Assembly: GCA_965228875.1 (NCBI GenBank)
Contig: OZ245843.1
Span: 3,826,616 to 3,890,615 of the forward strand
Direction of reading: 5' to 3'
Length of the DNA stretch: 64,000 bases
From: Thalassobaculaceae bacterium
GTDB taxonomy: Bacteria; Pseudomonadota; Alphaproteobacteria; Thalassobaculales; Thalassobaculaceae
The position numbers and the translations under genes were made by a program. The notes below the pieces were generated by a model. The model was not told the DNA's origin and made no database searches. It was given only the letters and a program-made list of their open reading frames with translations. Below, piece by piece: positions 54,836 through 64,000 of this stretch. Each line of letters opens with the position of its first letter. The stretch's first letter is position 1.

Positions 54836-55751
54836 GCGGCGCGGCAAGCCGGTCCATGGCTGGGTGATTCTGGACAAACCGGTCGACATCACCTCGACCC
54901 AGGCCGTGGCGATGGTCCGGCGGGTGTTCGACGCGGCCAAGGCCGGCCATGCCGGAACCCTCGATCCGCTGGCGACCGGAGTGCTGCCGGTGGCCCTGGG
55001 GGAGGCGACAAAGACCGTCCCCTACGTCATGGACGCGACCAAAGACTACGCCTTCACCGTGCGCTGGGGCGAGTCGACCTCGACCGACGACGCCGAGGGC
55101 GATGTGGTCGAGACCAGCGGGGAGCGGCCGGACGCAGCGGCGATCGAGGCCGTCCTGGGCCGTTTCGTTGGCGAAATAGAGCAGGTACCGCCGCGGTTCT
55201 CGGCCATCAAGGTGGCCGGCGAGCGGGCCTACGACCTGGCGCGCTCGGGCGAGGAAGTGGCGCTCGACTCCCGCGTCATCGAGATCCACGACCTGCGGCT
55301 GGTCGACATGCCGAGCGTCGACGAGGCCCGGTTCCGCGTCACGTCGGGCAAGGGCGCCTACATGCGATCCCTCGCCCGCGATCTGGCGCTGGCCCTCGGT
55401 ACGGTCGGTCATATCCGCGATCTGCGGCGGGCCAGGGTCGGCCCGTTCGGGCTGGAACGCGCGATTTCGCTGGATTCCCTCGTGGAGCTGATGCATAACC
55501 CCGCCTCTTTGGAGCACCTGTGGCCCGTTGAGACCGCGCTGGACGGCATCCCGGCGCTGGCCTTGAGGGGTCCCGAGGCGACGACGCTGCGCAACGGACA
55601 GGGCGTGCCGGTCTATCGTTCGATGGACCGGGACCGGTTCGGCGATCTGCAGGAAGGCGATCTGGTCTATGCCACCGACGGCACGATCCCGGTCGCCATC
55701 GCGCGGATCGAAAGCGGCGCCATTCGTCCGGTCAGGGTGCTGAACCTCTAG
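54825..55751 (+). CDS. truB: tRNA pseudouridine(55) synthase
   Basis: [31 protein letters not shown]. Confidence 0.96.
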   Translation: MARRRRGKPVHGWVILDKPVDITSTQAVAMVRRVFDAAKAGHAGTLDPLATGVLPVALGEATKTVPYVMDATKDYAFTVRWGESTSTDDAEGDVVETSGERPDAAAIEAVLGRFVGEIEQVPPRFSAIKVAGERAYDLARSGEEVALDSRVIEIHDLRLVDMPSVDEARFRVTSGKGAYMRSLARDLALALGTVGHIRDLRRARVGPFGLERAISLDSLVELMHNPASLEHLWPVETALDGIPALALRGPEATTLRNGQGVPVYRSMDRDRFGDLQEGDLVYATDGTIPVAIARIESGAIRPVRVLNL

Positions 55752-55765
55752 CGAAGGAGAGGACG

Positions 55766-56035
55766 ATGTCGATCACTGCGGAGCGCAAGGCCGAGCTCAT
55801 CACCGAATACGGCCAGAAGGAGGGGGACACCGGTTCCCCGGAAGTGCAGGTCGCGATCCTGAGCGAGCGTATCGTGAACCTGACCGAGCACATGAAGACC
55901 CACAAGCACGATTTCCATTCGCGCCGTGGCCTGCTGATGCTGGTCGGCCAGCGCCGCCGGCTGCTGGACTACCTCAAGCGCAAGTCCAACGACCGCTACT
56001 CGACCCTGATCACCCGCCTCGGCCTGCGCCGCTGA
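55766..56035 (+). CDS. rpsO: 30S ribosomal protein S15
   Basis: [21 protein letters not shown]. Confidence 0.98.
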   Translation: MSITAERKAELITEYGQKEGDTGSPEVQVAILSERIVNLTEHMKTHKHDFHSRRGLLMLVGQRRRLLDYLKRKSNDRYSTLITRLGLRR

Positions 56036-56081
56036 CGGCTGCCCGGTACCGGCTCTGCGGTACCCGAGGCACGGATCATGA

Positions 56082-56110
56082 GAGATGCCCGCCGGATCGG
56101 CGGGCATTTC
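56082..56110. terminator. hairpin terminator after rpsO, possibly bidirectional
   Basis: GAGATGCCCGCCG-GAT-CGGCGGGCATTTC. Confidence 0.7.
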
Positions 56111-56131
56111 CGTTTGGGGTGGTGGCGGTGG

Positions 56132-56159
56132 ACGGTTCGATCCGAACCGATCGCGTCTA
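56132..56159 (-). repeat. truncated end fragment of the palindromic repeat family
   Basis: GAACCGATCGCGTCTA matches the reverse complement of the unit start TAGAGTGCGATCGGTTC. Confidence 0.5.
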
Positions 56160-56429
56160 CCGCAGAAACTCGACGAAGAAGCGAACCGGTCCGGCAAGGA
56201 TGACCCGGTGCGGGACGCCCGGTTCGATGACGCCCGTCCGCTCGGGGGTGAGCGTCACCGCTGTGCCACCGGACGGGTATTCGAGGCCCAGGCTGCCAGC
56301 CACCACGTGCACGCGTGCCCACACGCCGGGCTTGGTCCGATGATCCCGAAGCAGACCCTGGGGCACGCTCTTCTCCGTGAAGACCGGCGTCTTCCGGTAT
56401 GGGGTGACCGTATCGGGCAGGGACGGCAT
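56157..56429 (-). CDS. DUF1971 / TehB N-terminal-like cupin protein
   Basis: YRKTPVFTEKSVPQGLL..HRTKPGVW, VIEPGVPHRV, FFVEF. Confidence 0.8.
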   Translation of the reverse strand: MPSLPDTVTPYRKTPVFTEKSVPQGLLRDHRTKPGVWARVHVVAGSLGLEYPSGGTAVTLTPERTGVIEPGVPHRVILAGPVRFFVEFLR

Positions 56430-56485
56430 CGACGAGGCTCCGCTGTGCTGAAGGGGCCGGGCTGCCAAGGCTCAGGCGCCGGGGC

Positions 56486-56950
56486 TCAGGCGCCGGGGGA
56501 CTGGCGTCGGGCGAAGGAAATGCCCTGCTGCAGGCTGTCGGCGATCCGCTCGGCCCGGTCGATGAAGATGGCGGCGACCTCCGGTGCCGCGACCTGGTGG
56601 GCGCTGACCCTGAACAGAACGAGCCAGCGCGCGAAATGCCGGGCGTCGAGGTCGGGGATCGCCAGGTGCTTGCGCATGGGTTGCCCGCTGAAGCGGCTGC
56701 TCACCTTGGTCACCGCCGACCAGAAGTCGACCATCGTGTCGAGGTGGCTCGGCCAGTCGGCGACGATGCGTGCGAAGATCGGGCCGATCTCGCCGTCCTG
56801 GCGGACCCGACCATAGAAATCCTCCACCAACCGACGGATCAGCGCCTCGTCGATGTCCGGATGCAGTCGCCGAGGCGCCGGGCGTGGGGCGGGTCGGGCG
56901 GGCAGGGCGCCGTCCGAGCCGCCGGTCTGTCGCGTCGCGCCGGCCATCAT
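56486..56950 (-). CDS. group III truncated haemoglobin
   Basis: [40 protein letters not shown]. Confidence 0.88.
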   Translation of the reverse strand: MMAGATRQTGGSDGALPARPAPRPAPRRLHPDIDEALIRRLVEDFYGRVRQDGEIGPIFARIVADWPSHLDTMVDFWSAVTKVSSRFSGQPMRKHLAIPDLDARHFARWLVLFRVSAHQVAAPEVAAIFIDRAERIADSLQQGISFARRQSPGA

Positions 56951-57609
56951 TCGGCCGCCGCGGCGAACGGGGCGTCCGCGTCCTCTTTCAGGGCATCGGC
57001 GAAGGCGTGGTTCCGGTCCCGATGGCCGGCCTCGTCGTCGCGTACGGCGACCACCACGTCTCTCAGCCTGGCCTGTGCCGGCAGCTTCCAGTAGTCGATC
57101 GCGATCGCCGGCGCCGCCGGGTTGGCCAGGCGCCCGGCGTCGATCTCGGCCAGGAATTCCGAGTAGCTCCGCACCGCCTCCTCCTCGAAGTAGCCGACGA
57201 CCCGGTGAGCGGTCTTTGGCGCCAGCAGGTAGAGGAAGAAGTAGATGTTATAGAACGCCGCCTGGGTGAGCATGATGATCGCGCGTTCCAGCAACGACGG
57301 TCGGGCGACCTGGATGAAGGTCATCAGGTGCATGCGCTCGTTCTCCGCCTCGTCCAGGAGTTCGCGGATCCATCCCTGGTCGTCGCGGATGTGGCGCAGG
57401 GCCTTCAGGTGCTGAAGCAGCCCGCCGACCATGCCGGGCACGGCGGCGACCGTCTCCAGGACGACGGCGCGGTGGCCGTAGCGTTTGCGGAAGAACCGGT
57501 CGGCCACGAACCTCAGGGCCTTGACGATGGCGTAGGCGGCGCGGTCGCTCAGATCGGTGGGCCGGTGATGGGCCACGACCGGCGGTCGCGTTGTCGCGTG
57601 GGGGGTCAT
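56947..57609 (-). CDS. aox: alternative oxidase (ubiquinol oxidase)
   Basis: [26 protein letters not shown] and DEAGH di-iron motifs. Confidence 0.95.
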   Translation of the reverse strand: MTPHATTRPPVVAHHRPTDLSDRAAYAIVKALRFVADRFFRKRYGHRAVVLETVAAVPGMVGGLLQHLKALRHIRDDQGWIRELLDEAENERMHLMTFIQVARPSLLERAIIMLTQAAFYNIYFFLYLLAPKTAHRVVGYFEEEAVRSYSEFLAEIDAGRLANPAAPAIAIDYWKLPAQARLRDVVVAVRDDEAGHRDRNHAFADALKEDADAPFAAAAE

Positions 57610-57624
57610 CTCGTACTCCTGTTA

Positions 57625-57647
57625 AAGAAGTATTTGCTATGCATCTT
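57625..57647. promoter_or_regulatory. NsrR-type operator
   Basis: AAGAAGTATTT-G-CTATGCATCTT, 11-1-11 arrangement like AAGATGYATTT-N-AAATRCATCTT; weaker second site at 57669-57691. Confidence 0.75.
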
Positions 57648-57716
57648 ATATTCGCCGCCCTTGGCAAAAAGCAATATCGTCCGTACATCTTTTTTTGACG
57701 CCGAGACGGAGCCGAC

Positions 57717-58211
57717 ATGCGATTCACACGACAGACCGACTACGCTCTGAGGGTTCTGATGTTCCTCGGGCTGAAACCGCGTGGCCAACTGTCGACGATC
57801 CGTGAGATCGCCGGACAGTACGGGATCTCGGAGAACCATCTGATGAAGGTCGTGTACCGCCTGGGCCAGGAGGGGCTGGTCGAGACGATCCGCGGCCGGC
57901 AGGGCGGGATCCGGCTGCTGCTCCCTCCGGAGCGGATACGGCTGGGCGAAACGGTCCGGCGGTTCGAGGAAGACCTCCGGCTGGTCGAATGCTTCGACTC
58001 CGCCACGAACACCTGCGCCATCGCCCCCGTCTGCGCGCTGCCGGCGATCCTGCATGAGGGACTGGCCGCGTTCATGGCCGTTCTGGACCGCTATACGCTG
58101 GCCGATCTGCTGCGCCCGCGGGGCGGGTTGTCGGCCGTACTGCTGCCCGACGTCGAGGTGACGGAAGAGCGTCCACACGCGCCCCCGCACGCGCCCCCAC
58201 ACACGCGTTGA
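57717..58211 (+). CDS. nsrR: Rrf2-family NO-responsive regulator (NsrR-like)
   Basis: TDYALRVL, SENHLMKVV, RGRQGG, three Cys (LVECF..NTC....VC). Confidence 0.85.
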   Translation: MRFTRQTDYALRVLMFLGLKPRGQLSTIREIAGQYGISENHLMKVVYRLGQEGLVETIRGRQGGIRLLLPPERIRLGETVRRFEEDLRLVECFDSATNTCAIAPVCALPAILHEGLAAFMAVLDRYTLADLLRPRGGLSAVLLPDVEVTEERPHAPPHAPPHTR

Positions 58212-58481
58212 CCGCGACGGCGTTCCGTGTCAAAGAACGCGCGCGCAAGAAGAGACGTTAGATGAGAACCGAAGGCTGCCATTGGGGCGCCATGACGCAA
58301 GGGGCGTCCATTTCCCGTTCATCGCAAGACTGATCGCGAGTCACCGCCGGCTGTGCGCTGCCGGCGGCTGGTCGTGTTGGTCCATTCGGTCGCGGGATGA
58401 CACCGCGGCGCGGACCGGCCGGAAGGGAAACGGGGACGAGGCGTGTCATGTCGGTCGGTTCGCAAATGAGGAACGACACGT

Positions 58482-60602
<2,121 letters not shown>

Positions 60603-60627
60603 TCGGTCTGAGATCGTAACGACTGCG

Positions 60628-60666
60628 GCGGCGCGGCGGCTTCGGCTTCCGCGCCGCTCTCTTTTC
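60628..60666 (+). terminator. intrinsic terminator after pnp
   Basis: GCGGCGCGG...TTCG...CCGCGCCGC followed by TCTCTTTT. Confidence 0.75.
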
Positions 60667-60690
60667 AGGATCGATCGGCAGGAGCCCGTC

Positions 60691-61410
60691 ATGTCCCGTC
60701 CCTTCATCCCGCCCCGGTTGATCGGCCATCGCGGCGCCAAGGCGCTGGCACCGGAGAACACCCTGGGCTCGATCCGTGCGGCCAAAGAGGCCGGGGTCAC
60801 CTGGGTGGAGATCGATGCCAAGCTGGCGGGCGACGGGGTGCCGGTGCTGATCCACGACGCCACCCTCGACCGTACGACCGACCGCAGCGGACCCGTCGCG
60901 GCCCTGACATCGGTCGAGCTGGGGGCCGTAGATGCGGGCGGCGGCGAGGGCGTGCCCACGCTGGCGCTATGTCTCGCGCTGTGCCGTCGGCTCGGCCTCG
61001 GCCTGGATCTGGAGATCAAGCCGGATCCCGGCACCGGTGCGGCGACGGCACGGGCGGTTCTGGCCGTGCTCGCCAGGGAAGGCTGGAAACCGGAGGACGA
61101 GATCCTCGTCACGTCGTTCGACCGCGAGGCGCTCGCGATCGTCCGCGACGCGGCGCCCGACTATCGGCGCGGTTTCCTGATCGACGCCTGGCACGAGGAC
61201 TGGCGCGAGGCGGCCACCGAGCTCGGCGTCGTGGCGGTGATCCCCTGGACCCGCCAGATCGACCGGGCCGATCAGGTCGCGGCGATCCGCGATGGCGGCT
61301 GGGTGCCGCTGGTCTATACCGTCAACGACCCGCAGCGGGCGCGCCAGCTGTTCGACTGGGGCATGGCGGGCATCGTCACCGACGATCCGCCGGCGCTGCG
61401 CGGTCTCTGA
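60691..61410 (+). CDS. ugpQ: glycerophosphodiester phosphodiesterase
   Basis: IGHRGA..APENT, EID, IHD.TLDRTT, LEIK, YTVND. Confidence 0.85.
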   Translation: MSRPFIPPRLIGHRGAKALAPENTLGSIRAAKEAGVTWVEIDAKLAGDGVPVLIHDATLDRTTDRSGPVAALTSVELGAVDAGGGEGVPTLALCLALCRRLGLGLDLEIKPDPGTGAATARAVLAVLAREGWKPEDEILVTSFDREALAIVRDAAPDYRRGFLIDAWHEDWREAATELGVVAVIPWTRQIDRADQVAAIRDGGWVPLVYTVNDPQRARQLFDWGMAGIVTDDPPALRGL

Positions 61411-61436
61411 GGGTTTCCGTCCCCGCGACGCCGGCG

Positions 61437-62270
61437 CTACCGGATCGCCGACACGTCGGTCGGCGCGGCCTGCACGATCGCGTCCAGGTTGGCGATCAGG
61501 GCGAGGTCCACCGACCCGGCCGCCCGGGTCGCCGCCGTCGCCACCTCCAGCCCGGCGACGGTGCGGGCCAGGGCCGGAGCGGCGCTGCGATGCTCCAGCC
61601 AGTGCGACAGGAACAGGCCGGCGAACAGGTCGCCGGTCCCGAAGAACGGCCGGTCGTGCCAGGGCGAGCGGGCGATCCAGTTCTCCTCCGCCGTCACCGC
61701 GATCACCGCGAGGTGGTCGCCATCGGGCACCCCCGTCGCCACCACCACCTTCGGCCCCCATTCGAGCAGCGTGACCGCCGCGTCGTGAGCGTCGGCGACC
61801 GTCTCCACCCGGTGGCCGGACAGGCGGGCCAGTTCGAAGGCGTTCGGGGTGATGATCGTCGCCCGCGGCACCAGGCGGTCGCGGAAGGCGTTCTCGATCC
61901 CGTCGCGCACGAAGACCCGGCCATGGTCGCCGATCACCGGGTCGCAGAGATAGACCGCGTCCGGGCTGGCCTCCGCGATCTCGTCGAGGGCGCGGGCCAG
62001 GGCCCAGCCGGTCTCCGCCGCGCCGAGATAGCCGGAATAGATCCCGTCCAGACCCTGCCAGCCGGTATGGGTGCCGATTCCGCGAAACAGCTCGGCGATC
62101 TCATGACCCTCGTGCACCCGGCCGGAGAACTTGCGGTGGCCCGGATGATTGGAGAACGAGACGGTATCGACCCGCCAGACCTCGTGCCCGCGGCGTTCCA
62201 GCGCAGGGACGGCGGCGGCGTTGCCGACATGGCCGACGGCGACGTGGGAGGAGAGGGCAAGGACCGGCAT
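61437..62270 (-). CDS. pdxY: pyridoxal kinase
   Basis: SSHVAVGHVGN, FSNHPG, CDPVIGD, TPNAFE, GTGDLF. Confidence 0.9.
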   Translation of the reverse strand: MPVLALSSHVAVGHVGNAAAVPALERRGHEVWRVDTVSFSNHPGHRKFSGRVHEGHEIAELFRGIGTHTGWQGLDGIYSGYLGAAETGWALARALDEIAEASPDAVYLCDPVIGDHGRVFVRDGIENAFRDRLVPRATIITPNAFELARLSGHRVETVADAHDAAVTLLEWGPKVVVATGVPDGDHLAVIAVTAEENWIARSPWHDRPFFGTGDLFAGLFLSHWLEHRSAAPALARTVAGLEVATAATRAAGSVDLALIANLDAIVQAAPTDVSAIR

Positions 62271-62437
62271 GCCCCCTCTTACCCGGTTCCGGCAGGGACG
62301 TCAGGAGGACAAATCATGCCGGTTGTCGGGCAACTCGGTGCCGCCCGACACCTATGGAGAAACTAGAAGTCAATTGGATGCCGGAATACGACAACACAGC
62401 ACCGACTCTCGAACGCAAGGACGCTGCAGCAAAGCTA

Positions 62438-62947
62438 CTATTTTCCGACAGCAATCCAGTCGAGTGAGAACGACCGCAGCCTGGTCAGATTGAATGCTGC
62501 GCACTCGTACTTGAAGCCGGCTATCTGACGCTCCGTAATTCGGCAATCATACGTTAGGTGCTCAGACGGATCGCCTGATACCCTCAATCTGGAGTCAAAC
62601 TGGTTCAATGCGACAATCACGGCCGGGATCTCGGTGAAGCTCTCGCGATAATTTACTGATCCCGAAATAGTTCTCTTTCCAACATTTGGTCTGTATAGCG
62701 CCCACTCATTCGGTTCAGGAGGGCTTTCTTCAGCCACCCGCCCATATTCATACTTTATCGCGGGCCGGTCGTCAGAGATACACGGAGGAGGACCAAGAAT
62801 AGTTCCGTCTGGACACAAGAGAGCTCCACCTCTGATGAACTGTGCCGCGACTATGATAGCAATACCGACGATTCCAATTCCAATGAGCCATTGTGGGGCA
62901 TTTTTGAGAATCCACTCAATTGCTGCGGGCATTCTGAACTCCTCCAT
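62438..62947 (-). CDS. membrane-anchored protein with a C-terminal H-type lectin-like domain
   Basis: N-terminal TM; F..IP.VIVALNQFD...GF...W.AVG pattern; low GC. Confidence 0.55.
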   Translation of the reverse strand: MEEFRMPAAIEWILKNAPQWLIGIGIVGIAIIVAAQFIRGGALLCPDGTILGPPPCISDDRPAIKYEYGRVAEESPPEPNEWALYRPNVGKRTISGSVNYRESFTEIPAVIVALNQFDSRLRVSGDPSEHLTYDCRITERQIAGFKYECAAFNLTRLRSFSLDWIAVGK

Positions 62948-63249
62948 CTAGTGTGGTCTGAAGTCAGAAATAGAAATTGCTAGTAGTAATGATAATCTTA
63001 AAAAAACATCAAAAGAGGACACGCAATACTAGTCTCGCCAAAATCCTTTTCGGGCGATAATTGAACAATCATAGCATGTTTAAGTTGCTACGGAAGAAAT
63101 ATGTTGCACTCCGTGCTTCAGGTCACCCACCGGGCCATATTCCGAACCGGTTGTCGCATCCCCACCCGCTCGTTACCCTCCCTGTCCCTTCCCGCCCGCT
63201 ACCCTCGCCGTCCCGCCGCGAAGCGATCAACCAGACCGGACTCTGCCCC

Positions 63250-64000
63250 ATGGCCGCCACTCTCCGTCCCCGCCGTTCCGTCCTCTACATGCCGGGCTCC
63301 AATCCCCGTGCCCTGGACAAGGGACGCAGCCTGCCCTGCGACGCCATTGTCATGGATCTGGAGGATGCCGTCGCGCCGGAGGCTAAACAGTCGGCCCGCG
63401 ACGCCATCGCCGCCGCGGTCGCGGCGGGCGGCTACGGTGCCCGGGAGATCCTGATCCGGGTGAACGGCCTGGACACGCCCTGGGGTCACGACGACCTGGT
63501 CTATGCCGCCGGTCAGCCGGTCGACGGCGTGGTGCTGTCCAAGGTCGAGAGCGGCGACGCGGTGCGTAAGGCGGAGTCGTTGCTGGTCGGCAACGGTGTG
63601 CCGGATGGCCTTGGCCTGTGGTGCATGGTCGAGACCCCGCGCGGCGTCTTGGCGGCCCAGGACATCGCCGGCGCCACCCCGCGCATGGCCGGCCTGATGA
63701 TGGGCACCAACGACCTGGCCAAGGACCTTCACTGTCTGCATACGCCGGACCGGTTGCCGCTGATGACGTCCTTCGGCCTGTGCATCCTGGCGGCGCGGGC
63801 CCATGGTCTCGCCATCCTCGACGGCGTGCATGCCGATCTCAACGACGACGCCGGCTTCGCCGCGGTCTGCCGCCAGGGCGTGGAACTCGGGTTCGACGGC
63901 AAGACGCTGATCCATCCCAAGACCATCGCGGCGGCCAACGCGGCCTACGCGCCGACCGCGGAGGCGATCGCCTGGGCCCGGCGGATCGCCGAGGCCCACG
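63250..64000 (+). CDS. CitE/HpcH-family CoA ester lyase (malyl-CoA lyase/thioesterase-like), runs off the window
   Basis: Own translation: MAATLRPRRSVLYMPGSN...DLEDAV...RVNG...MVETP...GTNDL...GFDGKTLIHP. Confidence 0.9.
   Translation, partial: MAATLRPRRSVLYMPGSNPRALDKGRSLPCDAIVMDLEDAVAPEAKQSARDAIAAAVAAGGYGAREILIRVNGLDTPWGHDDLVYAAGQPVDGVVLSKVESGDAVRKAESLLVGNGVPDGLGLWCMVETPRGVLAAQDIAGATPRMAGLMMGTNDLAKDLHCLHTPDRLPLMTSFGLCILAARAHGLAILDGVHADLNDDAGFAAVCRQGVELGFDGKTLIHPKTIAAANAAYAPTAEAIAWARRIAEAH

Noticed and set aside
50915..54940. Very long antisense or alternate-frame ORFs (for example 1341, 977, 888 and 730 aa)
   Set aside because: Shadow ORFs of well-conserved genes, caused by stop-codon scarcity at high GC.
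56469..56496. 14-bp tandem duplication GGCTCAGGCGCCGG at the globin stop codon
   Set aside because: A real local duplication, but no element lies between the copies, so it is not a target-site duplication and has no evident function.

Overview
High-GC alphaproteobacterial chromosome segment. Gene order suggests Rhodospirillales, which is inferred and not proven. Most of it is core genes: phoR-pstSCAB-phoU-phoB, ampG, a frameshifted malic enzyme, mutS, glnD-murJ-trpS, nfuA, tsaB-rimI-olsB-olsA-miaB-phoH-ybeY-corC-lnt, metK-trmB, rimP-nusA-ylxR-infB-rbfA-truB-rpsO-pnp, ugpQ, pdxY and a CitE-family lyase. The most unusual element is an AT-rich ~660-bp islet directly after mutS (about 18205-18865). 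It holds two NrdR-box-like sites 31 bp apart and a 104-nt tRNA with a serine-type body (G1:C72, G2:C71, A3:U70, G73, G15:C48, very long variable arm) but a leucine CAA anticodon. The tRNA has its own terminator and is followed by a small ribbon-helix-helix-like ORF with an inverted repeat over its start. This could be a regulated UUG Leu->Ser mistranslation module. Other points: an NsrR/alternative oxidase/group III truncated haemoglobin/DUF1971 cassette between rpsO and pnp, a family of ~113-117 bp MITE-like palindromic repeats that often overlap stop codons, Pho boxes before pstS and olsB, a (KD)8 tail on GlnD, and a low-GC H-type-lectin-like gene. All calls come from reading the sequence by eye; no database searches were run.
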